DNA of 64,000 bases from the human T2T-CHM13v2.0 reference genome, Homo sapiens: NCBI RefSeq assembly GCF_009914755.1, contig NC_060925.1; one strand, written 5' to 3'. Both the position numbers and the translations under genes were made by a program. This document shows, piece after piece, positions 42,101 through 57,608 of this stretch (the stretch's first letter is position 1; each line of letters begins with the position of its first letter). The notes below the pieces were generated by a model that saw only the letters and a program-made list of their open reading frames with translations, was not told the DNA's origin and did not search any database.

Positions 42101-45100
42101 GAATGGAATCGAATGGAATCATCGAGTGGAATCGAATGGAATTATGATCAAATGGAATCGAATGTAATCACCATCAAATGGAATCAAAAATAACCATCAT
42201 CAATTGGTATTGAATGGAATTGTCATCAAATGGAATTCAAAGGAATCATCATCAAATGGAACCGAATGGAATCCTCATTGAATGGAAATGAAAGGGGTCA
42301 TCATCTAATGGAATCGCATGGAATCATCATCAAATGGAATCGAATGGAATCATCATCAAATGGAATCTAATGGAATCATTGAACAGAATTGAATGGAATC
42401 GTCATCGAATGAATTGAATGCAATCATCGAATGGTCTCGAATGGAATCATCTTCTAATGGAAAGGAATGGAATCATCGCATAGAATCGAATGGAATTATC
42501 ATCGAATGGAATCGAATGGTATCAACACCAAACGGAAAAAAACGGAATTATCGAATGGAATCGAAGAGAATCTTCGAACGGACCCGAATGGAATCATCTA
42601 ATGGAATGGAATGGAATAATCCATGGACTCGAATGCAATCATCATCGAATGGAATCGAATGGAATCATCGAATGGACTCGAATGGAATAATCATTGAACG
42701 GAATCGATTGGAATCATCATCGGATGGAAACGAATGGAATCATCATCTAATGGAAATGAAAGGAGTCATCATCTAATGGAATTGCATGGAATCATCATAA
42801 AATGGAATCGAATGGAATCAACATCAAATGGAATCAAATGTAATCATTGAACGGAATTGAATGGAATCGTCATCGAATGAATTGACTGCAATCATCGAAT
42901 GGTCTCGAATGGAATCATCTTCAAATGGAATGGAATGGAATCATCGCATAGAATCGAATGGAATTATCATCGAATAGAATCGAATGGAATCAACATCCAA
43001 CGGAAAAAAACGGAATTATCGAATGGAATCGAAGAGAATCATCGAATGGACCCGAATGGAATCATCTAATGGAATGGAATGGAATAATCCATGGACTCGA
43101 ATGCAATCATCATCGAATGGAATCGAATGGAATCATCGAATGGACTCGAATGGAATAATCATTGAACGGAATCGAATGGAATCATCATCGGATGGAAATG
43201 AATGGAATCATCATCGAATGGAATCGAATAGAATTATGGAATGAAATCCAGTGTGATCATCATCGAATGGACCCGAATGGAATCATCATCCAACGGAAGC
43301 TAATGGAATCAACATCGAATGAATCAAATGGAAACACCATCGAATTGAAACGAATGGAATTATCATGAAATTGAAATGGATGGACTCATCATCGAATGGA
43401 TTCGAATGGAATCATCGAATAAAATTGATTGAAATCATCATCGAATGGAATCGAATGGTATCATTGAATGGAATCGAATGGAATCATCATCAGATGGAAA
43501 TGAATGGAATCGTCATAGAATGGAATCGAATGGATTCATTGAATGGAATCAGATGGAATCATCGAATGGACTGGAATGGAATCATTGAATGGACTCGAAA
43601 GGGATCATGATTGAATGGAATTGAATGGAATCATCGAATGGTCTCGATTGGAATCATTATCAAATGGAATCGAATGGAATCACCGAATAGAATCGAATGG
43701 AATTATCATCGAATGGAATCGAATGGAATTATCCTCCAATGGAATCGAATGGAATTATCGAATGCAATCGAATGGAATTATCGAATGCAATCGAATAGAA
43801 TCATCGAATGGACTCGAATGGAATCATCGAATGGAATGAAATGGAACAGTCAATGAACTCGAATGGAATCATCATTGAATGGAATCGAATGGAATCATCG
43901 AGTGGAATCGAATGGAATTATGATCAAATGGAATCGAATGTAATCATCATCAAATGGAATCAAAAATAACCATCATCAATTGGTATTGAATGGAATTGTC
44001 ATCAAATGGAATTCAAAGGAATCATCATCAAATGGAACCGAATGGAATCCTCATTGAATGGAAATGAAAGGGGTCATCATCTAATGGAATCGCATGGAAT
44101 CATCATCAAATGGAATCGAATGGAATCATCATCAAATGGAATCTAATGGAATCATTGAACAGAATTGAATGGAATCGTCATCGAATGAATTGAATGCAAT
44201 CATCGAATGGTCTCGAATGGAATCATCTTCTAATGGAAAGGAATGGAATCATCGCATAGAATCGAATGGAACTATCATCGAATGGAATCGAATGGTATCA
44301 ACACCAAACGGAAAAAAACGGAATTATCGAATGGAATCGAAGAGAATCTTCGAACGGACCCGAATGGAATCATCTAATGGAATGGAATGGAATAATCCAT
44401 GGACTCGAATGCAATCATCATCGAATGGAATCAAATGGAATCATCGAATGGACTCGAATGGAATAATCATTGAACGGAATCGATTGGAATCATCATCGGA
44501 TGGAAACGAATGGAATCATCATCGAATGGAAATGAAAGGAGTCATCATCTAATGGAATTGCATGGAATCATCATCAAATGGAATCGAATGGAATCAACAT
44601 CAAATGGAATCAAATGGAATCATTGAACGGAATTGAATGGAATCGTCATCGAATGAATTGACTGCAATCATCGAATGGTCTCGAATGGAATCATCTTCAA
44701 ATGGAATGGAATGGAATCATCGCATAGAATCGAATGGAATTATCATCGAATGGAATCGAATGGAATCAACATCCAACGGAAAAAAACGGAATTATCGAAT
44801 GGAATCGAAGAGAATCATCGAATGGACCCGAATGGAATCATCTAATGGAATGGAATGGAATAATCCATGGACTCGAATGCAATCATCATCGAATGGAATC
44901 GAATGGAATCATCGAATGGACTCGAATGGAATAATCATTGAACGGAATCGAATGGAATCATCATCGGATGGAAATGAATGGAATCATCATCGAATGGAAT
45001 CGAATAGAATTATGGAATGAAATCCAGTGTGATCATCATCGAATGGACCCGAATGGAATCATCATCCAACGGAAGCTAATGGAATCAACATCGAATGAAT

Positions 45101-48100
45101 CGAATGGAAACACCATCGAATTGAAACGAATGGAATTATCATGAAATTGAAATGGATGGACTCATCATCGAATGGATTCGAATGGAATCATCGAATAAAA
45201 TTGATTGAAATCATCATCCAATGGAATCGAATGGTATCATTGAATGGAATCGAATGGAATCATCATCAGATGGAAATGAATGGAATCGTCATAGAATGGA
45301 ATCGAATGGATTCATTGAATGGAATCAGATGGAATCATCGAATGGACTGGAATGGAATCATTGAATGGACTCGAAAGGGATCATGATTGAATGGAATTGA
45401 ATGGAATCATCGAATGGTCTCGATTGGAATCATTATCAAATGGAATCGAATGGAATCACCGAATAGAATCGAATGGAACAATCATCGAATGGACTCAAAT
45501 GGAATTATCCTCCAATGGAATCGAATGGAATTATCGAATGCAATCGAATGGAATTATCGAATGCAATCGAATAGAATCATCGAATGGACTCGAATGGAAT
45601 CATCGAATGGAATGGAATGGAACAGTCAATGAACTCGAATGGAATCATCATTGAATGGAATCTAATGGAATCATCGAGTGGAATCGAATGGAATTATGAT
45701 CAAATGGAATCGAATGTAATCATCATCAAATGGAATCAAAAATAACCATCATCAATTGGTATTGAATGGAATTGTCATCAAATGGAATTCAAAGGAATCA
45801 TCATCAAATGGAACCGAATGGAATCCTCATTGAATGGAAATGAAAGGGGTCATCATCTAATGGAATCGCATGGAATCATCATCAAATGGAATCGAATGGA
45901 ATCATCATCAAATGGAATCTAATGGAATCATTGAACAGAATTGAATGGAATCGTCATCGAATGAATTGAATGCAATCATCGAATGGTCTCGAATGGAATC
46001 ATCTTCTAATGGAAAGGAATGGAATCATCGCATAGAATCGAATGGAATTATCATCGAATGGAATCGAATGGTATCAACACCAAACGGAAAAAAACGGAAT
46101 TATCGAATGGAATCGAAGAGAATCTTCGAACGGACCCGAATGGAATCATCTAATGGAATGGAATGGAATAATCCATGGACTCGAATGCAATCATCATCGA
46201 ATGGAATGGAATGGAATCATCGAATGGACTCGAATGGAATAATCATTGAACGGAATCGAATGGAATCATCATCGGATGGAAACGAATGGAATCATCATCG
46301 AATGGAAATGAAAGGAGTCATCATCTAATGGAATTGCATGGAATCATCATAAAATGGAATCGAATGGAATCAACATCAAATGGAATCAAATGGAATCATT
46401 GAACGGAATTGAATGGAATCGTCATCGAATGAATTGACTGCAATCATCGAATGGTCTCGAATGGAATCATCTTCAAATGGAATGGAATGGAATCATCGCA
46501 TAGAATCGAATGGAATTATCATCGAATGGAATCGAATGGAATCAACATCAAACGGAAAAAAACGGAATTATCGAATGGAATCGAAGAGAATCATCGAATG
46601 GACCCGAATGGAATCATCTAATGGAATGGAATGGAATAATCCATGGACTCGAATGCAATCATCATCGAATGGAATCGAATGGAATCATCGAATGGACTCG
46701 AATGGAATAATCATTGAACGGAATCGAATGGAATCATCATCGGATGGAAATGAATGGAATCATCATCGAATGGAATCGAATAGAATTATGGAATGAAATC
46801 CAGTGTGATCATCATCGAATGGACCCGAATGGAATCATCATCCAACGGAAGCTAATGGAATCAACATCGAATGAATCGAATGGAAACACCATCGAATTGA
46901 AACGAATGGAATTATCATGAAATTGAAATGGATGGACTCATCATCGAATGGATTCGAATGGAATCATCGAATAAAATTGATTGAAATCATCATCCAATGG
47001 AATCGAATGGTATCATTGAATGGAATCGAATGGAATCATCATCAGATGGAAATGAATGGAATCGTCATAGAATGGAATCGAATGGATTCATTGAATGGAA
47101 TCAGATGGAATCATCGAATGGACTGGAATGGAATCATCGAGTGGACTCGAAAGGGATCATGATTGAATGGAATTGAATGGAATCATCGAATGGTCTCGAT
47201 TGGAATCATTATCAAATGGAATCGAATGGAATCCCCGAATAGAATCGAATGGAACAATCATCGAATGGACTCAAATGGAATTATCCTCAAATGGAATCGA
47301 ATGGAATTATCGAATGCAATCGAATGGAATTATCGAATGCAATCGAATAGAATCATCGAATGGACTCGAATGGAATCATCGAATGGAATGGAATGGAACA
47401 GTCAATGAACGCGAATGGAATCATCATTGAATGGAATCGAATGGAATCATCGAGTGGAATCGAATGGAATTATGATCAAATGGAATCGAATGTAATCATC
47501 ATCAAATGGAATCAAAAATAACCATCATCAATTGGTATTGAATGGAATTGTCATCAAATGGAATTCAAAGGAATCATCATCAAATGGAACCGAATGGAAT
47601 CCTCATTGAATGGAAATGAAAGGGGTCATCATCTAATGGAATCGCATGGAATCATCATCAAATGGAATCGAATGGAATCATCATCAAATGGAATCTAATG
47701 GAATCATTGAACAGAATTGAATGGAATCGTCATCGAATGAATTGAATGCAATCATCGAATGGTCTCGAATGGAATCATCTTCTAATGGAAAGGAATGGAA
47801 TCATCGCATAGAATCGAATGGAATTATCATCGAATGGAATCGAATGGTATCAACACCAAACGGAAAAAAACGGAATTATCGAATGGAATCGAAGAGAATC
47901 TTCGAACGGACCCGAATGGAATCATCTAATGGAATGGAATGGAATAATCCATGGACTCGAATGCAATCATCATCGAATGGAATCGAATGGAATCATCGAA
48001 TGGACTCGAATGGAATAATCATTGAACGGAATCGATTGGAATCATCATCGGATGGAAACGAATGGAATCATCATCGAATGGAAATGAAAGGAGTCATCAT

Positions 48101-51100
48101 CTAATGGAATTGCATGGAATCATCATAAAATGGAATCGAATGGAATCAACATCAAATGGAATCAAATGGAATCATTGAACGGAATTGAATGGAATCGTCA
48201 TCGAATGAATTGACTGCAATCATCGAATGGTCTCGAATGGAATCATCTTCAAATGGAATGGAATGGAATCATCGCATAGAATCGAATGGAATTATCATCG
48301 AATGGAATCGAATGGAATCAACATCAAACGGAAAAAAACGGAATTATCGAATGGAATCGAAGAGAATCATCGAATGGACCCGAATGGAATCATCTAATGG
48401 AATGGAATGGAATAATCCATGGACTCGAATGCAATCATCATCGAATGGAATCGAATGGAATCATCGAATGGACTCGAATGGAATTATCATTGAACGGAAA
48501 CGAATGGAATCATCGGATGGAAATGAATGGAATCATCATCGAATGGAATCGAATAGAATTATGGAATGAAATCCAGTGTGATCATCATCGAATGGACCCG
48601 AATGGAATCATCATCCAACGGAAGCTAATGGAATCAACATCGAATGAATCGAATGGAAACACCATCGAATTGAAACGAATGGAATTATCATGAAATTGAA
48701 ATGGATGGACTCATCATCGAATGGATTCGAATGGAATCATCGAATAAAATTGATTGAAATCATCATCGAATGGAATCGAATGGTATCATTGAATGGAATC
48801 GAATGGAATCATCATCAGATGGAAATGAATGGAATCGTCATAGAATGGAATCGAATGGATTCATTGAATGGAATCAGATGGAATCATCGAATGGACTGGA
48901 ATGGAATCATTGAATGGACTCGAAAGGGATCATGATTGAATGGAATTGAATGGAATCATCGAATGGTCTCGATTGGAATCATTATCAAATGGAATCGAAT
49001 GGAATCACCGAATAGAATCGAATGGAACAATCATCGAATGGACTCAAATGGAATTATCCTCAAATGGAATCGAATGGAATTATCGAATGCAATCGAATGG
49101 AATTATCGAATGCAATCGAATAGAATCATCGAATGGACTCGAACGGAATCATCGAATGGAATGGAATGGAACAGTCAATGAACTCGAATGGAATCATCAT
49201 TGAATGGAATCGAATGGAATCATCGAGTGGAATCGAATGGAATTATGATCAAATGGAATCGAATGTAATCATCATCAAATGGAATCAAAAATAACCATCA
49301 TCAATTGGTATTGAATGGAATTGTCATCAAATGGAATTCAAAGGAATCATCAACAAATGGAACTGAATGGAATCCTCATTGAATGGAAATGAAAGGGGTC
49401 ATCATCTAATGGAATCGCATGGAATCATCATCAAATGGAATCGAATGGAATCATCATCAAATGGAATCTAATGGAATCATTGAACAGAATTGAATGGAAT
49501 CGTCATCGAATGAATTGAATGCAATCATCGAATGGTCTCGAATGGAATCATCTTCTAAAGGAAATGAATGGAATCATCGCATAGAATCGAATGGAATTAA
49601 CATTGAATGGACTCGAATGGAATCAACATCAAATGGAATCAAGCGGAATTATCGAATGGAATCGAAGAGATTCATCGAATGGACTCGAATGGAATCATCT
49701 AATGGAATGGAATGGAATAATCCATGGACCCGAATGTAATCATCATCGTATAAAATCGAATGGAATCATCGAATGGACTCGAATGGAATAATCATTGAAC
49801 GGAATCGAATGGAATCATCATCGGATGGAAACGAATGGAATCATCATCGAATGGAAATGAAAGGAGTCATCATCTAATGGAATTGCATGGAATCATCATA
49901 AAATGGAATCGAATGGAATCAACATCAAATGGAATCAAATGGAATCATTGAACGGAATTGAATGGAGTCGTCATCGAATGAATTGAATGCAATCATCGAA
50001 TGGTCTCGAATGGAATCATCTTCAAATGGAATGGAATGGAATCATCGCATAGAATCGAATGGAATTATCATCGAATGGAATCGAATGGAATCAACCTCAA
50101 ACGTAAAAAAACGGAATTATCGAATGGAATCGAAGAGAATCATCGAATGGACCCGAATGGAATCATCTAATGGAATGGAATGGAATAATCCATGGACTCG
50201 AATGCAATCATCATCGAATGGAATCGAATGGAATCATCGAGTGGACTCGAATGGAATAATCATTGAACGGAATCGAATGGAATCATCATCGGATGGAAAT
50301 GAATGGAATCATCATCGAATGGAATCGAATAGAATTATGGAATGAAATCCAGTGTGATCATCATCGAATGGACCCGAATGGAATCATCATCCAACGGAAG
50401 CTAATGGAATCAACATGGAATGAATCGAATGGAAACACCATCGAATTGAAACGAATGGAATTATCATGAAATTGAAATGGATGGACTCATCATCGAATGG
50501 ATTCGAATGGAATCATCGAATAAAATTGATTGAAATCATCATCGAATGGAATCGAATGGTATCATTGAATGGAATCGAATGGAATCATCATCAGATGGAA
50601 ATGAATGGAATCGTCATAGAATGGAATCGAATGGATTCATTGAATGGAATCAGATGGAATCATCGAATGGACTGGAATGGAATCATTGAATGGACTCGAA
50701 AGGGATCATGATTGAATGGAATTGAATGGAATCATCGAATGGTCTCGATTGGAATCATTATCAAATGGAATCGAATGGAATCACCGAATAGAATCGAATG
50801 GAACAATCATCGAATGGACTCAAATGGAATTATCCTCAAATGGAATCGAATGGAATTATCGAATGCAATCGAATGGAATTATCGAATGCAATCGAATAGA
50901 ATCATCGAATGGACTCGAATGGAATCATCGAATGGAATGGAATGGAACAGTCAATGAACACGAATGGAATCATCATTGAATGGAATCGAATGGAATCATC
51001 GAGTGGAATCGAATGGAATTATGATCAAATGGAATCGAATGTAATCATCATCAAATGGAATCAAAAATAACCATCATCAATTGGTATTGAATGGAATTGT

Positions 51101-53019
51101 CATCAAATGGAATTCAAAGGAATCATCATCAAATGGAACCGAATGGAATCCTCATTGAATGGAAATGAAAGGGGTCATCATCTAATGGAATCGCATGGAA
51201 TCATCATCAAATGGAATCTAATGGAATCATTGAACAGAATTGAATGGAATCGTCATCGAATGAATTGAATGCAATCATCGAATGGTCTCGAATGGAATCA
51301 TCTTCTAATGCAAAGGAATGGAATCATCGCATAGAATCGAATGGAATTATCATCAAATGGAATCGAATGGTATCAACACCAAACGGAAAAAAACGGAATT
51401 ATCGAATGGAATCGAAGAGAATCATCGAATGGACCCGAATGGAATCATCTAATGGAATGGAATGGAATAATCCATGGACTCGAATGCAATCATCATCGAA
51501 TGGAATCGAATGGAATCATCGAATGGACTCGAATGGAATAATCATTGAACGGAATCGAATGGAATCATCATCGGATGGAAACGAATGGAATCATCATCGA
51601 ATGGAAATGAAAGGAGTCATCATCTAATGCAATTGCATGGAATCATCATCAAATGGAATCGAATGGAATCAACATCAAATGGAATCTAATGGAATCATTG
51701 AACAGAATTGAATGGAATCGTCATCGAATGAATTGACTGCAATCATCGAATGGTCTCGAATGGAATCATCTTCAAATGGAATGGAATGGAATCATCGCAT
51801 AGAATCGAATGGAATTATCATCGAATGGAATCGAATGGAATCAACATCAAACGGAAAAAAACGGAATTATCGAATGGAATCGAAGAGAATCATCGAATGG
51901 ACCCGAATGGAATCATCTAATGGAATGGAATGGAATAATCCATGGACTCGAATGCAATCATCATCGAATGGAATCGAATGGAATCATCGAATGGACTCGA
52001 ATGGAATAATCATTGAACGGAATCGAATGGAATCATCATCGGATGGAAATGAATGGAATCATCATCGAATGGAATCGAATAGAATTATGGAATGAAATCC
52101 AGTGTGATCATCATCGAATGGACCCGAATGGAATCATCATCCAACGGAAGCTAATGGAATCAACATCGAATGAATCCAATGGAAACATCATCGAATTGAA
52201 ACGAATGGAATTACCATGAAATTGAAATGGATGGACTCATCATCGAATGGATTCGAATGGAATCATCGAATAAAAGTGATTGAAATCATCATCGAATGGA
52301 ATCGAATGGTATCATTGAATGGAATCGAATGGAATCATCATCAGATGGAAATGAATGGAATCGTCATAGAATGGAATCGAATGGATTCATTGAATGGAAT
52401 CAGATGAAATCATCGAATGGACTGGAATGGAATCATTGAATGGACTCGAAAGGGATCATGATTGAATGGAATTGAATGGAATCATCGAATGGTCTCGATT
52501 GGAATCATTATCAAATGGAATCGAATGGAATCACCGAATAGAATCGAATGGAACAATCATCGAATGGACTCAAATGGAATTATCCTCAAATGGAATCGAA
52601 TGGAATTATCGAATGCAATCGAATGGAATTATCGAATGCAATCGAATAGAATCATCGAATGGACTCGAATGGAATCATCGAATGGAATGGAATGGAACAG
52701 TCAATGAACTCGAATGGAATCATCATTGAATGGAATCGAATGGAATCATCGAGTGGAATCGAATGGAATTATGATCAAATGGAATCGAATGTAATCATCA
52801 TCAAATGGAATCAAAAATAACCATCATCAATTGGTATTGAATGGAATTATCATCAAATAGAATTCAAAGGAATCATCATCAAATGGAACCGAATGGAATC
52901 CTCATTGAATGGAAATGAAAGGGGTCATCATCTAATGGAATCGCATGGAATCATCATCAAATGGAATCGAATGGAATCATCATCAAATGGAATCTAATGG
53001 AATCATTGAACAGAATTGA

Positions 53020-54082
53020 ATGGAATCGTCATCGAATGAATTGAATGCAATCATCGAATGGTCTCGAATGGAATCATCTTCTAATGGAAAGGAATGGAAT
53101 CATCGCATAGAATCGAATGGAATTATCATCGAATGGAATCGAATGGTATCAACACCAAACGGAAAAAAACGGAATTATCGAATGGAATCGAAGAAAATCT
53201 TCGAACGGACCCGAATGGAATCATCTAATGGAATGGAATGGAATAATCCATGGACTCGAATGCAATCATCATCGAATGGAATCGAATGGAATCATCGAAT
53301 GGACTCGAATGGAATAATCATTGAACGGAATCGAATGGAATCATCATCGGATGGAAACGAATGGAATCATCATCGAATGGAAATGAAAGGAGTCATCATC
53401 TAATGGAATTGCATGGAATCATCATCAAATGGAATCGAATGGAATCAACATCAAATGGAATCAAATGGAATCATTGAACGGAATTGAATGGAATCGTCAT
53501 CGAATGAATTGACTGCAATCATCGAATGGTCTCGAATGGAATCATCTTCAAATGGAATGGAATGGAATCATCGCATAGAATCGAATGGAATTATCATCGA
53601 ATGGAATCGAATGGAATCAACATCAAACGGAAAAAAACGGAATTATCGAATGGAATCGAAGAGAATCATCGAATGGACCCGAATGGAATCATCTAATGGA
53701 ATGGAATGGAATAATCCATGGACTCGAATGCAATCATCATCGAATGGAATCGAATGGAATCATCGAATGAACTCGAATGGAATCATCATTGAATGGAATC
53801 GAATGGAATCATCGAGTGGAATCGAATGGAATTATGATCAAATGGAATTGAATGTAATCATCATCAAATGGAATCAAAAATAACCATCATCAATTGGTAT
53901 TGAATGGAATTGTCATCAAATGGAATTCAAAGGAATCATCATCAAATGGAACCGAATGGAATCCTCATTGAATGGAAATGAAAGGGGTCATCATCTAATG
54001 GAATCGCATGGAATCATCATCAAATGGAATCGAATGGAATCATCATCAAATGGAATCTAATGGAATCATTGAACAGAATTGA
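53020..54082 (+). repeat. Short 1,063-bp unit, copy 4
   Basis: Same junction at ~53769; spacing 1063. Confidence 0.93.
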
Positions 54083-57000
54083 ATGGAATCGTCATCGAAT
54101 GAATTGAATGCAATCATCGAATGGTCTCGAATGGAATCATCTTCTAATGGAAAGGAATGGAATCATCGCATAGAATCGAATGGAATTATCATCGAATGGA
54201 ATCGAATGGTATCAACACCAAACGGAAAAAAACGGAATTATCGAATGGAATCGAAGAGAATCTTCGAACGGACCCGAATGGAATCATCTAATGGAATGGA
54301 ATGGAATAATCCATGGACTCGAATGCAATCATCATCGAATGGAATCGAATGGAATCATCGAATGGACTCGAATGGAATAATCATTGAACGGAATCGAATG
54401 GAATCATCATCGGATGGAAACGAATGGAATCATCATCGAATGGAAATGAAAGGAGTCATCATCTAATGGAATTGCATGGAATCATCATAAAATGGAATCG
54501 AATGGAATCAACATCAAATGGAATCAAATGTAATCATTGAACGGAATTGAATGGAATCGTCATCGAATGAATTGACTGCAATCATCGAATGGTCTCGAAT
54601 GGAATCATCTTCAAATGGAATGGAATGGAATCATCGCATAGAATCGAATGGAATTATCATCGAATGGAATCGAATGGAATCAACCTCAAACGTAAAAAAA
54701 CGGAATTATCGAATGGAATCGAAGAGAATCATCGAATGGACCCGAATGGAATCATCTAATGGAATGGAATGGAATAATCCATGGACTCGAATGCAATCAT
54801 CATCGAATGGAATCGAATGGAATCATCGAGTGGACTCGAATGGAATAATCATTGAACGGAATCGAATGGAATCATCATCGGATGGAAATGAATGGAATCA
54901 TCATCGAATGGAATCGAATAGAATTATGGAATGAAATCCAGTGTGATCATCATCGAATGGACCCGAATGGAATCATCATCCAACGGAAGCTAATGGAATC
55001 AACATGGAATGAATCGAATGGAAACACCATCGAATTGAAACGAATGGAATTATCATGAAATTGAAATGGATGGACTCATCATCGAATGGATTCGAATGGA
55101 ATCATCGAATAAAATTGATTGAAATCATCATCGAATGGAATCGAATGGTATCATTGAATGGAATCGAATGGAATCATCATCAGATGGAAATGAATGGAAT
55201 CGTCATAGAATGGAATCGAATGGATTCATTGAATGGAATCAGATGGAATCATCGAATGGACTGGAATGGAATCATTGAATGGACTCGAAAGGGATCATGA
55301 TTGAATGGAATTGAATGGAATCATCGAATGGTCTCGATTGGAATCATTATCAAATGGAATCGAATGGAATCACCGAATAGAATCGAATGGAACAATCATC
55401 GAATGGACTCAAATGGAATTATCCTCAAATGGAATCGAATGGAATTATCGAATGCAATCGAATGGAATTATCGAATGCAATCGAATAGAATCATCGAATG
55501 GACACGAATGGAATCATCGAATAGAATGGAATGGAACAGTCAATGAACTCGAATGGAATCATCATTGAATGGAATCGAATGGAATCATCGAGTGGAATCG
55601 AATGGAATTATGATCAAATGGAATCGAATGTAATCATCATCAAATGGAATCAAAAATAACCATCATCAATTGGTATTGAATGGAATTGTCATCAAATGGA
55701 ATTCAAAGGAATCATCATCAAATGGAACCGAATGGAATCCTCATTTAATGGAAATGAAAGGGGTCATCATCTAATGGAATCGCATGGAATCATCATCAAA
55801 TGGAATCTAATGGAATCATTGAACAGAATTGAATGGAATCGTCATCGAATGAATTGAATGCAATCATCGAATGGTCTCGAATGGAATCATCTTCTAATGC
55901 AAAGGAATGGAATCATCGCATAGAATCGAATGGAATTATCATCAAATGGAATCGAATGGTATCAACACCAAACGGAAAAAAACGGAATTATCGAATGGAA
56001 TCGAAGAGAATCTTCGAACGGACCCGAATGGAATCATCTAATGGAATGGAATGGAATAATCCATGGACTCGAATGCAATCATCATCGAATGGAATCGAAT
56101 GGAATCATCGAATGGACTCGAATGGAATAATCATTGAACGGAATCGAATGGAATCATCATCGGATGGAAACGAATGGAATCATCATCGAATGGAAATGAA
56201 AGGAGTCATCATCTAATGCAATTGCATGGAATCATCATCAAATGGAATCGAATGGAATCAACATTAAATGGAATCTAATGGAATCATTGAACAGAATTGA
56301 ATGGAATCGTCATCGAATGAATTGACTGCAATCATCCAATGGTCTCGAATGGAATCATCTTCAAATGGAATGGAATGGAATCATCGCATAGAATCGAATG
56401 GAATTATCATCGAATGGAATCGAATGGAATCAACATCAAACGGAAAAAAACGGAATTATCGAATGGAATCGAAGAGAATCATCGAATGGACCCGAATGGA
56501 ATCATCTAATGGAATGGAATGGAATAATCCATGGACTCGAATGCAATCATCATCGAATGGAATCGAATGGAATCATCGAATGGACTCGAATGGAATAATC
56601 ATTGAACGGAATCGAATGGAATCATCATCGGATGGAAATGAATGGAATCATCATCGAATGGAATCGAATAGAATTATGGAATGAAATCCAGTGTGATCAT
56701 CATCGAATGGACCCGAATGGAATCATCATCCAACGGAAGCTAATGGAATCAACATCGAATGAATCCAATGGAAACATCATCGAATTGAAACGAATGGAAT
56801 TATCATGAAATTGAAATGGATGGACTCATCATCGAATGGATTCGAATGGAATCATCGAATAAAAGTGATTGAAATCATCATCGAATGGAATCGAATGGTA
56901 TCATTGAATGGAATCGAATGGAATCATCATCAGATGGAAATGAATGGAATCGTCATAGAATGGAATCGAATGGATTCATTGAATGGAATCAGATGGAATC

Positions 57001-57608
57001 ATCGAATGGACTGGAATGGAATCATTGAATGGACTCGAAAGGGATCATGATTGAATGGAATTGAATGGAATCATCGAATGGTCTCGATTGGAATCATTAT
57101 CAAATGGAATCGAATGGAATCACCGAATAGAATCGAATGGAACAATCATCGAATGGACTCAAATGGAATTATCCTCAAATGGAATCGAATGGAATTATCG
57201 AATGCAATCGAATGGAATTATCGAATGCAATCGAATAGAATCATCGAATGGACTCGAATGGAATCATCGAATGGAATGGAATGGAACAGTCAATGAACTC
57301 GAATGGAATCATCATTGAATGGAATCGAATGGAATCATCGAGTGGAATCGAATGGAATTATGATCAAATGGAATCGAATGTAATCATCATCAAATGGAAT
57401 CAAAAATAACCAGCATCAATTGGTATTGAATGGAATTATCATCAAATGGAATTCAAAGGAATCATCATCAAATGGAACCGAATGGAATCCTCATTGAATG
57501 GAAATGAAAGGGGTCATCATCTAATGGAATCGCATGGAATCATCATCAAATGGAATCGAATGGAATCATCATCAAATGGAATCTAATGGAATCATTGAAC
57601 AGAATTGA

